This document shows positions 1 through 11,817 of a stretch of DNA of 64,000 nucleotides, one piece after another. This DNA comes from an uncultured Chitinophaga sp. (GTDB taxonomy: Bacteria; Bacteroidota; Bacteroidia; Chitinophagales; Chitinophagaceae): the NCBI GenBank assembly GCA_964386395.1, contig CAYLRV010000001.1, positions 23,807-87,806 on the forward strand, read 5' to 3'. Numbering within the stretch: the first letter of the stretch is position 1; every line of letters starts with the position of its first letter. Under the pieces are notes generated by a model. That model had not been told where the DNA came from and did no database searches. It saw only the letters and a list, made by a program, of their open reading frames with translations. The translations under genes were made by a program, and so were the position numbers.

Positions 1-260
1 CTAAAAGTCCCTTGCTTAAAGAGACGAAACGGCTGGTAAGGGAAGTATTTGTGCCAGAAAAAAATATGCACCGTATCAGTTTTACACTTCCGCTGATTAA
101 TAAGGCCGCTAATGCAGCCTTCCTCGTTGCAGGTAAGGGCAAGGCTGCCATGCTGCAAACTATTTTGGGGCAAAAGAAAACGCAATTACCCGCAGCGCTG
201 GTTCACCCTGCCGGCAATCTATACTGGTTTCTTGACAAAGACGCTGCTTCACTCCTTTGA
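1..260 (+). CDS. 6-phosphogluconolactonase-like protein, C-terminal fragment (5' end lies outside the window)
   Basis: The ORF is open from the window start and its C-terminus (LVAGKGKAAMLQTILG...HPAGNLYWFLDKDAA) resembles the end of 6-phosphogluconolactonase/GlcN6P-deaminase-fold proteins. Confidence 0.45.
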   Translation, partial: KSPLLKETKRLVREVFVPEKNMHRISFTLPLINKAANAAFLVAGKGKAAMLQTILGQKKTQLPAALVHPAGNLYWFLDKDAASLL

Positions 261-310
261 TACCTCCCGGCTTGCGCCATTCTGCCTATCTTAGGCTTAT
301 AATTTTTCGT

Positions 311-1855
311 ATGCGGTTATTGCTTTTATTCCTGCTTGCCCCGGCCTTTTGTTTTGCGCAACAACGCACCAATATTATTTATATCATGAGTGACGATCAT
401 GATGCAGATGCGATCAGCGCTTATAACAAAAAGTTTATTAGAACACCCAATCTTGATCGCTTAGCCAAAGAAGGGATGTTGTTCACCCGGAATTTTGTAG
501 CCAACTCCATCTGCGGGCCAGTACGGGCTACATTGATTACAGGACAACACTCACACAAGAATGGTATGAAGGATAACCGTACCCGTTTTGATTCATCGAA
601 ACTGACGATGCCGAAGATATTTCAGCAACATGGCTACCAGACAGCTATTGTGGGCAAGTGGCATCTCCACTCCTATCCCACCGGCTACGATTACTGGAAA
701 ATACTGCCGGGACAAGGTTTATATTTTGAGCCCCGCATTATTTCTATGAAGGGCGATACCAGCACCTATCATGGTTATGCTACAGACGTAATAACGGATG
801 AAGCCCTCAAATGGCTTGACAACCGTGCCCCTGATAAACCTTTTGTATTGCATATACACCATAAAGCGCCACACCGGTATTTTTTGGCACCGTTAAAATA
901 TATTGAACAGTACCATAGCAAAATATTTCCTGAGCCTCCGACATTGTATAATGATACGGTGGGGCATGGTACAGCCTGGCGTTTGCAAACCATGAGTATT
1001 CTGTACGACATGAAACTTTGCAGCGATTTGAAAGTTGACCCAAAATACCTGGCCGGTATTCCTGCTTTGAAACCAGATTCTGCTGAAGTGGCCTATTATA
1101 ATGCCATCTTCAACCGGATTCCGGAGCCAGACAGAAGCGCTATCAAAAAATTATATGAAGAAAGAGGAAAGCTGTTGCAGCAATTAAAACCATCGGGCAA
1201 AGAATTACTGAAATATAAATACCAGTGGTATATGCAGGACTACATGGCCTGTGTGGCTTCCGTAGATGAAAATGTGGGCAGAGTACTTGACTACCTCGAT
1301 AAAAACAAACTCACCAATAACACATTGGTCATGTACACCGGCGACCAGGGTATGTATTTAGGTGAAAACGGCTGGTTTGATAAGCGCTGGATGTATGATG
1401 TATCTATGAATGCCCCGCTGCTGGTACGCTGGCCCGGAAAAATCAAAGCCGGTTCTGTAAATGCCAACATGACGCAGACCATTGACTATGCCCCCACCCT
1501 TTTAGATGCTGCTAATATCAAAGTCCCGGATTTTATGCAAGGCATCAGCCTTGTTCCATCCATGACCGGGAAACAAAAAACGATTCCGCGGCATAGCCTC
1601 TATTACCATTTCTACGAAGACAAAGCTGATCATACTGTTTTAAAACACCTGGGTGTACGGAGCGAACGCTATAAGCTCATTTATTTCTATACCGTAGAAG
1701 AATGGGAATTATATGATTTGAAAAAAGATCCGCAGGAACAAAACAACCTGATCAAATCACCAAAACACCAGCAAATAATGGCTGATATGAAAAAGGAATT
1801 AAACCGGTTAAGGGATATCTATGATGATCATGAAAAGGCCGGATCACTTCAATAA
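311..1855 (+). CDS. formylglycine-dependent sulfatase (arylsulfatase family)
   Basis: Carries a signal peptide (MRLLLLFLLAPAFCFAQQ), the sulfatase CxPxR signature (SICGPVRATLITGQ) and the N-terminal MSDDHDADAISAY metal-binding region. Confidence 0.8.
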   Translation: MRLLLLFLLAPAFCFAQQRTNIIYIMSDDHDADAISAYNKKFIRTPNLDRLAKEGMLFTRNFVANSICGPVRATLITGQHSHKNGMKDNRTRFDSSKLTMPKIFQQHGYQTAIVGKWHLHSYPTGYDYWKILPGQGLYFEPRIISMKGDTSTYHGYATDVITDEALKWLDNRAPDKPFVLHIHHKAPHRYFLAPLKYIEQYHSKIFPEPPTLYNDTVGHGTAWRLQTMSILYDMKLCSDLKVDPKYLAGIPALKPDSAEVAYYNAIFNRIPEPDRSAIKKLYEERGKLLQQLKPSGKELLKYKYQWYMQDYMACVASVDENVGRVLDYLDKNKLTNNTLVMYTGDQGMYLGENGWFDKRWMYDVSMNAPLLVRWPGKIKAGSVNANMTQTIDYAPTLLDAANIKVPDFMQGISLVPSMTGKQKTIPRHSLYYHFYEDKADHTVLKHLGVRSERYKLIYFYTVEEWELYDLKKDPQEQNNLIKSPKHQQIMADMKKELNRLRDIYDDHEKAGSLQ

Positions 1856-1861
1856 GGGGAT

Positions 1862-4483
1862 TTACAACTCCCTGTCACCATATTCACTAATCAGCTCTGC
1901 CACCAGGGCCGTCCATCCTGTTTGATGGCTTGCACCAATACCTTTACCGGTATCACCGTTGAAGTATTCATAAAATAATATAAGATGTTCATTGCCGGGT
2001 TGTCTATAAAACCAGTTGTACTCACCATTGAAACGGCGGTTGCCTTCCTCATCCCGCTCAAATAAACTAATCACCCGTCTCGTGAGCTCATATGCCACCT
2101 GCACCAGGTTCATTTTTACGCCTGAGCCAGTTGGATATTCCACCTGCAGATCATCACCATAGAATTCGCCGTAGTGCCGGAGCGACTGAATGATTAAAAA
2201 ATTAATCGGCATCCACATCGGCCCACGCCAGTTAGAATTACCACCAAATAAATCGGAGGTAGAATCACCCGGATCGTATTGAATAGTGTATGTTTGTCCA
2301 TCCATTCGTACGGAGTACGGATTTTGCTCATGGTATTTTGATAAGGCCCGGATACCGCTATCGGATAAGAACCCTTTTTCATCCAGCAGACGTTCGAGTA
2401 TTGAGACCAGCCTGTCTTTTGGTACTAACGATAAAAGAATTTCACCGTCCTTGCTTCGTTCTTCATTCGGCCAGAATTTATTATTCTTCAACCGGTAGTT
2501 TTCAAACCAGGTGATACGCTTTTTAAAATCAGGTAAGCTGTCCTGCCTCGCCTTGGATATGGTAGATACTGCATAGAGCGGGGCCACACCCACGATAGAC
2601 TGAATACGCAATGGTATGGGCGCAGCACCTGTCACACAAAGCACATCATAAAAGAACCGGTCTTCCTCATTCCACAAACCATGCTCATTGAGCGACTCGG
2701 CTATCAATACAAAGTGTTCAAAAAATTTAGTGGCTGTATCCTCAAAGGATTCATCGTGAATGGCAATTTCAATCGCCATATCCATCATATCAAGTGCGAA
2801 AGCACCCATCCAACTGGTGCCATCGGCCTGCTCCAGTTGTACTTCGCCAGTAAAGTGAAGGCTGCGGTTAAATACCCCGATATTATCCAGGCCAAGGAAA
2901 CCTCCCTCAAAAATGTTGTTGCCGTTTTTATCTTTCCGGTTTATCCACCAGGTAAAGTTGATAAGCAGCTTATGAAATACTTTCTTCAAAAAATTTATAT
3001 CACCGGAACCGCTTCTTCTTTTTTCAATCTGGTACACCTGCATTGCCGCCCATGCCTGTACCGGCGGGTTTACATCGCTGAAATTCCATTCATACGAGGG
3101 TAGTTGACCATCTGGCTTCATATACCATTCCCGCATAAGCAATAGTAACTGGTGTTTGGCAAAAGTGGGGTCTGCCACGGCCATTGAAATACACTGGAAA
3201 GCGAGATCCCAGGCCGCATACCAGGGATACTCCCATTTATCCGGCATCATAATGATGTCCTGGTTCTTCAGGTGCTGCCAGTCATTGTTGCGGCCTTTTT
3301 GTTTGCCCGGGTTTACCGGGGTGATTCCATCGCTTTTACCTATCCAGCGTTCCACATCAAAATGGTAAAACTGTTTGCTCCATAACATACCGGCCAATGC
3401 CTGGCGTTGTATACGTGCCACATCCTCATTCATTCCCTTTGGGAGAATAGCCGCATAATATTCATCCGCTTCTTGTTTGCGAAGTGTGAATACATCTTTC
3501 ACAATTTTTCCAAACGGCGCATCAAACAGTTCTGTACTGAGGCGGCAATAAATTGTTTTGGTAGCGCCACCGGCAATTTTCATTTTATATACCGGCGAAA
3601 ACTTAGTGCCCTTTTTTCGGGCGGCCAGCTCTTTTATATTCTTTCCTTCTATCACAGCATCATGAAAAGCGTCCTTTACAAAAATGTCTGCATTGGGTTG
3701 CCCGAGTATTTTTTCGTTGTTGGTTCGGTTATCGGTAAACAAGCAATTGTCTGCTGCCTGAAAATAGAAATAGTAATCACCAAGCCGTTCATGCTCCGCC
3801 CGTACCGTTGTTTTATCAATAAATTCAATACAAGGAAATTTTTTAAAGGCCTGGTAACTTTGCCTGTTATAAAACCAAAGGGTTGGCAGCACCGTTATTT
3901 CCGCTGCTTCTGTGTAGCGGTTGGTGATATCTATTTTGATAAAAATATCCTGCGCACTGTGTTTTGCATACGTAATCTGCACATCAAAATACTGGTTGTT
4001 ATCAAACACACCGGTATCTAATATTTCATACTCCGGCTCCAGCCTGTTGCGCTTCTTATTTTCGTCTTTCAGTTTTTGATAGGGAAATTCCTGCTGCGGG
4101 TATTTATATAAATACTCCATGTAGTAATGCGTGGGCAGGTTATCCAGGTAGTAGTATAGTTCTTTTACATCTTCTCCATGATTGCCCTGTGGATTGCTTA
4201 AACCAAAAAGCCTTTCCTTCAGAATTGGATCTTTACCATTCCATAAGGCCACTGCAAAACAGAGATTGCCAAAATAGTCGGTAATACCACCCAGGCCATC
4301 TTCGCCCCAGAGATAGCTGCGGCTATGGGCATGATCAAAAGGAAAATAATTCCAGGCATCTCCCCATTCCCCATAGTCTTCCCGCACGGTGCCCCATTGC
4401 CGTTCACTCAGGTAAGGCCCCCATTGCGCCAATGGAATTTCTTTGGTGGCGTTTACTGCCAGCCGTTGGTGTTCTGCTGTCAT
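1862..4483 (-). CDS. GH63-like glycoside hydrolase (mannosylglycerate hydrolase / processing glucosidase-like)
   Basis: An 873 aa ORF whose N-terminus (WGPYLSERQWGTVREDYGEWGDAWNYFPFDHAHSRSYLWGEDGLGG) is recalled as typical of bacterial GH63 (six-hairpin) glycosidases. Confidence 0.55.
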   Translation of the reverse strand: MTAEHQRLAVNATKEIPLAQWGPYLSERQWGTVREDYGEWGDAWNYFPFDHAHSRSYLWGEDGLGGITDYFGNLCFAVALWNGKDPILKERLFGLSNPQGNHGEDVKELYYYLDNLPTHYYMEYLYKYPQQEFPYQKLKDENKKRNRLEPEYEILDTGVFDNNQYFDVQITYAKHSAQDIFIKIDITNRYTEAAEITVLPTLWFYNRQSYQAFKKFPCIEFIDKTTVRAEHERLGDYYFYFQAADNCLFTDNRTNNEKILGQPNADIFVKDAFHDAVIEGKNIKELAARKKGTKFSPVYKMKIAGGATKTIYCRLSTELFDAPFGKIVKDVFTLRKQEADEYYAAILPKGMNEDVARIQRQALAGMLWSKQFYHFDVERWIGKSDGITPVNPGKQKGRNNDWQHLKNQDIIMMPDKWEYPWYAAWDLAFQCISMAVADPTFAKHQLLLLMREWYMKPDGQLPSYEWNFSDVNPPVQAWAAMQVYQIEKRRSGSGDINFLKKVFHKLLINFTWWINRKDKNGNNIFEGGFLGLDNIGVFNRSLHFTGEVQLEQADGTSWMGAFALDMMDMAIEIAIHDESFEDTATKFFEHFVLIAESLNEHGLWNEEDRFFYDVLCVTGAAPIPLRIQSIVGVAPLYAVSTISKARQDSLPDFKKRITWFENYRLKNNKFWPNEERSKDGEILLSLVPKDRLVSILERLLDEKGFLSDSGIRALSKYHEQNPYSVRMDGQTYTIQYDPGDSTSDLFGGNSNWRGPMWMPINFLIIQSLRHYGEFYGDDLQVEYPTGSGVKMNLVQVAYELTRRVISLFERDEEGNRRFNGEYNWFYRQPGNEHLILFYEYFNGDTGKGIGASHQTGWTALVAELISEYGDREL

Positions 4484-4572
4484 TTACCGGTTTTATACTT
4501 TCCCATAACAGCAAGCAAAATCGTTGGAAAAGTGAAATTAGAAATTATAACGGAATTTAAGAAAGGATAAAG

Positions 4573-5406
4573 CTATTCGTATTTTTTACTAAGCTGGTAC
4601 AATACTTTCAGCTGCTGGTCATTTAATCCCTTCGTTGTATCCTGCAACCAATGACGTTTGAAACCAATAATGGCTGCATTACTGTCCTTTGTATCATATC
4701 CAATGATCCGCAAGGCATGCAAACGATTGAAATTTGCAGGTAGCTGCACATTCGCTATATCATCATACCAGTACCCGAATCCTTTCTCCGATAATTGCTT
4801 CCAGGGAAAGCGCCAGTTGGGATCATTTTTACGGGTGGGCGCTATATCGCCGTGGCCGATAAAATTGGCTGCTGGTATGGAGTACGCATTTTTCAAACGG
4901 CCAAGCAGGGTGATCAAGCTATTTATTTGTGCTTCGGAAAAAGGCTCAAAGCCATTATTATCAAGTTCGATACCAACTGAAGAGGAATTTAAGTCAGTAG
5001 CATTGCCCCATTTGCTTACACCGGCATGGTGTGCCCTTAATAAATCATTGAGCATATGGTGCACGGTACCATCCTTACAAATTACATAGTGTGCACTTAC
5101 TTCACGGTTGCCTTTCACGGTAAACGTTCTTAACGTTTCCTCACAACTTTTCTGGGCAGTATGGTGGATGATCACATAGTTAGGCCGGCGTATGGTGAAG
5201 TTGATAGTACCAGCCCAATCCGCAGCATAATTCAATCCCGCGGAATCCTGTAAAGGATATTCAGCCAACAACTTTGCATATGCTTTTACCTGTTGCTTAT
5301 AAATTTTATTCGTACCCGCATATTTCGATTGCGAACAACCACAGGCAATAATAAGGAAGGCAAGGGACAGGGAAATGAACAAGCGGCTTTTTAAAAAGGA
5401 TTTCAT
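4573..5406 (-). CDS. N-acetylmuramoyl-L-alanine amidase, AmpD/PGRP (amidase_2) family lipoprotein
   Basis: Has a lipoprotein signal (LAFLIIACGC) and AmpD-like motifs (VIIHHTA, AHYVICKDGTVHHML, AHHAGVSKWG, GIELDN, HGDIAPTRKNDP). Confidence 0.8.
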   Translation of the reverse strand: MKSFLKSRLFISLSLAFLIIACGCSQSKYAGTNKIYKQQVKAYAKLLAEYPLQDSAGLNYAADWAGTINFTIRRPNYVIIHHTAQKSCEETLRTFTVKGNREVSAHYVICKDGTVHHMLNDLLRAHHAGVSKWGNATDLNSSSVGIELDNNGFEPFSEAQINSLITLLGRLKNAYSIPAANFIGHGDIAPTRKNDPNWRFPWKQLSEKGFGYWYDDIANVQLPANFNRLHALRIIGYDTKDSNAAIIGFKRHWLQDTTKGLNDQQLKVLYQLSKKYE

Positions 5407-5424
5407 ACCACTAAAGTAAAGACC

Positions 5425-6366
5425 TTACTGGTACTTGCGGTACAATGCATAGATTATTTTACGCACGGTGGCATTCATGGCACCACCAGAGCCATCCCGC
5501 ATAAAGTGGCGCTTAAATGCCGAAACAGCCGATGAAGGGGAGGATATATCATAGCCGATTATACGCAGCGCCATCAGGTAGTCGAACTGATCCGGAACAA
5601 CCATATTCGTCGTATCACTCCACCACAGACCATAGCCCTTGTCGCTGAAGTGTTTCCAGGGAAAGCGGAAATTGGGATCCATTTTTCGTGTAGGTGCTAT
5701 ATCACCATGGCCAATAAAATTGGCATCCGGAATTTTATACGCTCTCTTCAGGCGGCCCAGTAATATTTCAAGGCTTTGCATTTGTGCGTCGGCAAAAGCT
5801 TCGTACCCGGTATTTTCCAGCTCGATGCCAATGCTTGCAGAGTTGAGATCGGTGGTATTCCCCCATTTACCATCACCAGCATGATGCGAACGAAGTAAAT
5901 CATTCAGCATGTGATACACGGTTCCGTCACGGCAAATAAGATAATGTGAACTGGCCTCCCGGCCACCTGGTTTTGTAAATTCTGCCAGCACTTCCCTGAA
6001 TCCCTGGGTGGCTGTGTGATGAATGATAACAAAGTTGGGACGGCGTATGCCCATATTGGGCGTACCCACCCACTCTGCTGCATAAGGCAAGCCGGCTGAG
6101 TCTTCCAGCGGAAATTCAGCAATCACCCTTGCCAGTGAATCAATCATTTTATAATACAACCGGTTTGCGTAAGCGTACCTGCCTGTTGGCATGTATCTGG
6201 CGCTATCTTTTAAAGCTGAATCCAATGGATTTTTTACGATCGGATTGGGGTATTCTGTAATAGGTTGTTCACCCGGTGGTTGTGCAGCAACTGCGCCACA
6301 AAAGAGAAGGGTGGCGATTGCGGAGAGAACAGTCAAATGTTTACATATTGTTAAGGGCTTGTACAT
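5425..6366 (-). CDS. N-acetylmuramoyl-L-alanine amidase, AmpD/PGRP family (tandem paralog)
   Basis: Contains the same amidase_2 motifs (VIIHHTA, SHYLICRDGTVYHML, SHHAGDGKWG, HGDIAPTRKMDP) and is about 60% identical to the upstream paralog. Confidence 0.8.
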   Translation of the reverse strand: MYKPLTICKHLTVLSAIATLLFCGAVAAQPPGEQPITEYPNPIVKNPLDSALKDSARYMPTGRYAYANRLYYKMIDSLARVIAEFPLEDSAGLPYAAEWVGTPNMGIRRPNFVIIHHTATQGFREVLAEFTKPGGREASSHYLICRDGTVYHMLNDLLRSHHAGDGKWGNTTDLNSASIGIELENTGYEAFADAQMQSLEILLGRLKRAYKIPDANFIGHGDIAPTRKMDPNFRFPWKHFSDKGYGLWWSDTTNMVVPDQFDYLMALRIIGYDISSPSSAVSAFKRHFMRDGSGGAMNATVRKIIYALYRKYQ

Positions 6367-6384
6367 GGGGCTACACTATAACAG

Positions 6385-7680
6385 TTACCGCTTGTTTTTA
6401 TTGTTTGGATGACGATAAAAACGGCGTTGGGGTTTGCCAGCTCCGGCACTTCTTGTACGGGGTGTATAAGCAGGTACCGGGCCGAGTGAGGCCGGCACTT
6501 CTCCCTTATCCACTTCTTTTTCAATCAGTCTTTCTATAGCAGCGAATTTATTTTGTTCTTTCTCGCCCACCAATGTGTAGGCAACACCATCTGCTTCAGC
6601 CCTGGCTGTACGGCCAATGCGATGTACATAATCCTCTCCATCGCCCGGTACATCGTAGTTGATAACGAGATCGATAGTATCAATATCTATACCGCGGCTT
6701 AATATATCCGTAGCTACCAGCAGTGGAATTCTGCCGCTGGTAAATGCGGATAGTACATTTTCCCGCTGTGACTGCTCCAGGTCGCTATGTATTTCTTCTA
6801 TCGTAAAACCACCTTGCTTCAGTTCCCTGCGCAGCTGTTTTACTGTTTGCTTTTTACTGCAAAACACCAATGCATTTTTATATGGCGTTTCTTTCAGCAG
6901 CAGTTTTATCAGTGGCAGTTTTTGCGGATCATAAACTACAAAAGCTTTTTGTACCACTTTTGCCGGTGGTTTGGATATGGCAATATTGATTTCTGCCGGG
7001 TTTTGGAGAATACGGCGGGCCAGTTGCCTTATCTTATCCGGCATAGTGGCCGAGAACAAGAGGTTTTGTCTTTTTAACGGCAGCGCTTTGATAATTTTAT
7101 TAATGTCATCCTGGAAGCCCATGTCGAGCATACGGTCTGCTTCATCCAGTACAAGAAACTGCAGGCCCTTCATATTTACATAGCCCATGTTCAGGTGGGC
7201 AATCATACGGCCAGGTGTGCAAACGATTATATCAGCCCCCATTTGCAGGGCTTTTTTCTCAGCGATAAAATTATCGCCGCTGTTGCCACCATAAATGGCG
7301 ATAGAACTGAGATGGGTAAAATAAGAAAGCCCTTCAATATGTTGTGAAATCTGGATAGCCAGTTCACGGGTGGGAACCACGATCAATGCACCTGTTTGCC
7401 CGTCCACATGGTTCTTCAGCAGGCGGTTCATAACGGGAAGCAGGAAAGCTGCCGTTTTACCAGTGCCGGTTTGTGCGGAGGCAATCACATCCCTTCCTTC
7501 CAGAATAGGTGGTATAACCTGCTCCTGAACCGGGGTGGCGGTTTCGTAATTGGAGGCTTCAATGCCCTCTAAAACTTCTGGTAGAAAATCAAATTCGGTA
7601 AATCGCACTAGTTGCTCATTTTTAGGAAAGAGGCGAAGGTAGTTGAAAATAGTTTTAGCGGGGCAAGTAACCTTAATCAC
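6385..7680 (-). CDS. DEAD-box ATP-dependent RNA helicase (RhlE-like)
   Basis: Shows the Q-motif (TPVQ), Walker A (AQTGTGKTAAF), DEAD, SAT and HRIGRTAR motifs plus a basic C-terminal tail. The annotated ATG may be too far upstream, and a GTG at VRFTEF is a possible start. Confidence 0.85.
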   Translation of the reverse strand: MIKVTCPAKTIFNYLRLFPKNEQLVRFTEFDFLPEVLEGIEASNYETATPVQEQVIPPILEGRDVIASAQTGTGKTAAFLLPVMNRLLKNHVDGQTGALIVVPTRELAIQISQHIEGLSYFTHLSSIAIYGGNSGDNFIAEKKALQMGADIIVCTPGRMIAHLNMGYVNMKGLQFLVLDEADRMLDMGFQDDINKIIKALPLKRQNLLFSATMPDKIRQLARRILQNPAEINIAISKPPAKVVQKAFVVYDPQKLPLIKLLLKETPYKNALVFCSKKQTVKQLRRELKQGGFTIEEIHSDLEQSQRENVLSAFTSGRIPLLVATDILSRGIDIDTIDLVINYDVPGDGEDYVHRIGRTARAEADGVAYTLVGEKEQNKFAAIERLIEKEVDKGEVPASLGPVPAYTPRTRSAGAGKPQRRFYRHPNNKNKR

Positions 7681-8145
7681 AGCATTTGGAGCATTCCTTC
7701 AAACCGCCTCTTCATTTTCGCTCTCGAAAGCATGAAAAAATACAGGAAGAAAGGAGCCATCTGTAACAATATTATAGAAACATTAGAAAACCCCGTGTTA
7801 ACTATTTCGTACAGAGACAGCATACCAAGAATACCAGAGAGAAACAATAGCAAATAATTAGGACGGATGGTGATAGTAGTAATTGAACTTTCCGGTTCCT
7901 TACCAGCTTTTATACGACCTTCCAGTATAGCGAGGTGGCTCACGATTCCAAAAATTGCAAAATTGCCGAAGGTTATTTTTGGTTGCAGGATAAAGCTATT
8001 ATCATTCCTGAACCGGCCATAAAGATTAACCGACAAATCGTGCCAGGGTAAACTGATTAACTGCTTAATACCGGATTCAATACGCTCAACTGATCCATCG
8101 AGCGTATACTTATATTTTTTAGCTAAAAACAAGTGTCGGTTAAGA

Positions 8146-11100
8146 TTACATATTCCGCCTGTACTGCCCCCCCACTTCATACAATGCATGTGTTATCTGC
8201 CCAAGCGAACAATACTTTACTGTTTCCATTAATTGTGCAAAGAGGTTTCCATTGTTGATGGCCACCCGCTTTAACTCTTTTAACTCCTTTTCACTCTTAG
8301 CTTCATTACGCTTCCAGAAAGCTTTTAAGGCCTCTATCTGCTGCTCCTTTTCTTCGGTGGTGCTGCGGATTACTTCGGAAGGGATTATTGTTGGTGAACC
8401 TTTTTTGTTCAGGAATGTATTCACACCAATCAAAGGCAATTCGCCGGTGTGTTTCTGGTGCTCATAGTACAGGCTTTCTTCCTGTATTTTATTCCGCTGG
8501 TACATTCTTTCCATGGCACCCAATACACCGCCTCTCTCGGTAATGCGGTCGAACTCGGCCAGCACTGCTTCTTCCACCAGGTCCGTCATTTCTTCAATAG
8601 CAAATGAACCCTGTGTAAAATTTTCTGTTTTGGCCGAACCCAATTCCCGGTTAATGATCAACTGTATAGCCATGGCCCGGCGCACACTTTCCTCTGTTGG
8701 TGTGGTAATCGCTTCATCATAGGCATTTGTATGCAGGGAATTGCAATTATCATATATCGCATATAAAGCCTGCAGCGTGGTGCGGATATCATTAAAATCT
8801 ATCTCCTGTGCATGTAAGCTTCTCCCCGATGTCTGAATATGGTATTTAAGCATCTGGCTGCGCTTGTTGGCTTTGTACTTATACTTCATTGCCTTCGCCC
8901 AAATGCGGCGGGCCACCCGGCCAATCACACTATACTCAGGGTCCATACCATTACTGAAGAAGAATGAGAGGTTTGGGGCGAAATCATCGATATTCATCCC
9001 CCGGCTGAGATAATACTCCACATAGGTAAATCCATTCGCCAGCGTAAACGCCAATTGTGTAATGGGATTAGCACCTGCCTCCGCAATATGATAACCACTG
9101 ATAGATACAGAATAAAAATTGCGGACTTTATTTTCAATAAAATATTCCTGCACATCACCCATCAGCTTCAATGCAAACTCTGTAGAAAATATACAGGTAT
9201 TCTGCGCCTGGTCTTCTTTTAATATATCTGCCTGCACCGTTCCCCTTACCTGTTGCAGGGCATCTGCTTTTATTTTGGCATATACATCAGCAGGTAACAC
9301 ATCGGCACCGGATAGGCCCAGCAACCGCAAGCCCAACCCGTTATTTCCGGCCGGTAGCTCACCATGCAGTTCACCTTTTTGCGGTATTACCGGTTTACCA
9401 TCCACACCAATATAGGTGGGCAATTCTCCGGCTTTATATTTTGCTTCAATAATTTTATTGACGTCCTCCCGCAGGTTATTCGCAATAATATATTTCTCAC
9501 ATTGCTGATCAATGGCTGCATTCATAAAAAAAGCAAGCAGCATCGGTGCAGGGCCGTTGATAGTCATACTTACCGAAGTCTTCGGATCGCATAAGTCAAA
9601 ACCACTGTATAATTTTTTGGCATCATCCACTGTGGCAATGCTCACGCCGCTGTTACCTACTTTACCATAGATATCAGGACGATGACCAGGATCTTCACCG
9701 TATAAAGTCACACTATCAAAAGCCGTGGATAAACGTTTGGCTGGCTGATCCACACTTACATAGTGAAAGCGCTTATTGGTACGTTCTGGTCCGCCTTCAC
9801 CCGCAAACATCCTCGTTGGATCCTCTCCTTCCCGCTTCAATGGAAATACACCGGCCGTAAAAGGGAAATGACCCGGCACATTTTCCTGTGCCTGCCATTT
9901 TAATATGTCACCCCAGTCTTTATATTTGGGCAATACCACTTTCGGGATTCTTGTACCGCTTAAACTGGTGCTCGTCATGGATTGTTTTATCACTTTATCC
10001 CTGACGGTGTATTCGTAAAAGTCTTTCTGGTATTCGGCTACTTTCTCCGGCCAGTTTGTTACCAGCTTGCGGCTTACCGGCGTAAGCTGCTCGGTATAAA
10101 AATCTATTTGCTCCTGTATTTGTGAAAGTAAAGACTGATCAGCCTTTTCTTTTAATACAACCAGCGAGCCATTCAACTGGTAAATTTTCGTGGCAATTGC
10201 AGCCTGGTCTTTTACCAGCTGATCATAATTACGGCTGGCCTCACTTATCTCACTCAGGTACCTGGTGCGGTTGGATGGAATAACAGCCGATGAAACCTTG
10301 GCCGTTTCCGCAAAATGAAATTCACCGAAACGGGTATTGGTCTTTGCTTCTATTTTCTTCAGCAACAGTTCAAAGAGATGGTTCACCCCGTCATCATTAA
10401 ACTTGCTGGCCATCGTTCCCACTATTGGCAATTCATCATCCTTCGCTGAAAACAACTGATGGTTGCGTTTATATTGCTTCTTTACATCAGCCAGTGCATC
10501 CAATGCGCCTGCTTTGTCAAATTTGTTGATGCAGACCAGGTCTGCATAGTCCAGCATATTGATTTTTTCTAATTGTGAAGCAGCCCCGTACTCCGGCGTC
10601 ATCACGTACATACTTACATCACAATAATCAAGGATACTGGCATCGCTTTGTCCCACACCGGCACTTTCCAGTATAACAAAATCAAAGCCCGCTGCTTTAC
10701 AAATATCAATGGCCTCCTGTACAGCACTGCTCAGTGCCGTATTATCTTCACGGGTGGCCAGGCTGCGCATATAAGCCCTGGGGTGGTTGATGGAATTCAT
10801 CCGTATCCTGTCACCCAATAAAGCGCCGCCTGTTTTTTTCTTGGATGGATCAACAGAGATTACGGCAATGGTTTTATCCGAAAAATTGTGCAGGAAGCGG
10901 CGTACAATTTCATCGGTTACCGATGATTTACCAGCGCCGCCTGTACCGGTAATACCGAGAACAGGAATCTTCCTGCCCTCAGCCGGAAGACCCGAAATTT
11001 CTTTAAGCTGGTTTGTATAATCACCTCCTTCCTCTGCAATACTGATTGCCCTTGCAATCCGCCGCACATCCTTCACTTCATCCAGTGGCAATTTTCCATT

Positions 11101-11547
11101 CCATTCTGCCGACTGCCTCATACCCGCTGCTGACTGATTAATCACATCCTCAATCATTCCTTCCAGTCCCATATGTCTTCCATCATCGGGCGAATAGATA
11201 CGGGTGATGCCGTAGTTATGTAATTCTTCTATTTCATCAGGTAAAATCGTACCGCCACCGCCGCCAAAGATTTTGATATGGCCGCAGCCGTTTTCTTCCA
11301 GCAAATCCTTCATGTATTTAAAAAATTCCACATGCCCGCCCTGGTAACTGGTAATAGCAATACCCTGCACATCTTCTTCAATAGCTGTTTCTACAATGTC
11401 TTTCACACTGCGGTTGTGCCCCAGATGGATGATTTCAGCCCCCTTACTCTGCATAATGCGCCGCATGATATTAATAGCGGCATCATGCCCGTCGAAGAGA
11501 CTGGCTGCTGTAACAATTCTAACCTTACTGACCGGGGTATAACTCAT
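8146..11547 (-). CDS. icmF: fused isobutyryl-CoA mutase (B12-binding domain + MeaB-like G-protein + mutase TIM-barrel)
   Basis: An 1133 aa protein with an N-terminal B12-binding DxHxxG motif (FDGHDAAIN), a central MeaB P-loop ([12 protein letters not shown]) and a C-terminal methylmalonyl-CoA-mutase-like substrate domain, which is the IcmF architecture. Confidence 0.8.
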   Translation of the reverse strand: MSYTPVSKVRIVTAASLFDGHDAAINIMRRIMQSKGAEIIHLGHNRSVKDIVETAIEEDVQGIAITSYQGGHVEFFKYMKDLLEENGCGHIKIFGGGGGTILPDEIEELHNYGITRIYSPDDGRHMGLEGMIEDVINQSAAGMRQSAEWNGKLPLDEVKDVRRIARAISIAEEGGDYTNQLKEISGLPAEGRKIPVLGITGTGGAGKSSVTDEIVRRFLHNFSDKTIAVISVDPSKKKTGGALLGDRIRMNSINHPRAYMRSLATREDNTALSSAVQEAIDICKAAGFDFVILESAGVGQSDASILDYCDVSMYVMTPEYGAASQLEKINMLDYADLVCINKFDKAGALDALADVKKQYKRNHQLFSAKDDELPIVGTMASKFNDDGVNHLFELLLKKIEAKTNTRFGEFHFAETAKVSSAVIPSNRTRYLSEISEASRNYDQLVKDQAAIATKIYQLNGSLVVLKEKADQSLLSQIQEQIDFYTEQLTPVSRKLVTNWPEKVAEYQKDFYEYTVRDKVIKQSMTSTSLSGTRIPKVVLPKYKDWGDILKWQAQENVPGHFPFTAGVFPLKREGEDPTRMFAGEGGPERTNKRFHYVSVDQPAKRLSTAFDSVTLYGEDPGHRPDIYGKVGNSGVSIATVDDAKKLYSGFDLCDPKTSVSMTINGPAPMLLAFFMNAAIDQQCEKYIIANNLREDVNKIIEAKYKAGELPTYIGVDGKPVIPQKGELHGELPAGNNGLGLRLLGLSGADVLPADVYAKIKADALQQVRGTVQADILKEDQAQNTCIFSTEFALKLMGDVQEYFIENKVRNFYSVSISGYHIAEAGANPITQLAFTLANGFTYVEYYLSRGMNIDDFAPNLSFFFSNGMDPEYSVIGRVARRIWAKAMKYKYKANKRSQMLKYHIQTSGRSLHAQEIDFNDIRTTLQALYAIYDNCNSLHTNAYDEAITTPTEESVRRAMAIQLIINRELGSAKTENFTQGSFAIEEMTDLVEEAVLAEFDRITERGGVLGAMERMYQRNKIQEESLYYEHQKHTGELPLIGVNTFLNKKGSPTIIPSEVIRSTTEEKEQQIEALKAFWKRNEAKSEKELKELKRVAINNGNLFAQLMETVKYCSLGQITHALYEVGGQYRRNM

Positions 11548-11817
11548 AAAAGCAATCTTAAGAAATGCAAATTTAGCTGATAAAGCTAATAACTGTTAGC
11601 TACAGGTTTTAGCCACGAATCACCCGAATTTCACGCATAATTCGATCCGGACCGGTATGTAATAGTTGTATCAAAAGATTTCCGGCATAGCACAGTTTTT
11701 TGATCCGAAAACAGCCCGTATGTTTTCCTGGCCTAACCGTTTTTAGTAAATAATCATTTGTGCGGTTCGTGGCATTCGTGGCCACCTCATTTGCGGCAGG
11801 TTATCTACATTTGCCAC

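Noticed and set aside
2681-4021. Several 140-204 aa plus-strand ORFs inside the GH63-like gene, and similar antisense ORFs inside icmF, the 1515 aa and 1307 aa genes.
   Set aside because: They run antisense to long, well-supported genes and have no recognisable domains.
7677-8189. A 170 aa minus-strand ORF between the helicase and icmF.
   Set aside because: It overlaps the icmF 3' end by 44 nt and matches no family. It is possibly a short membrane peptide if started at an internal Met, but the support is too weak to call.
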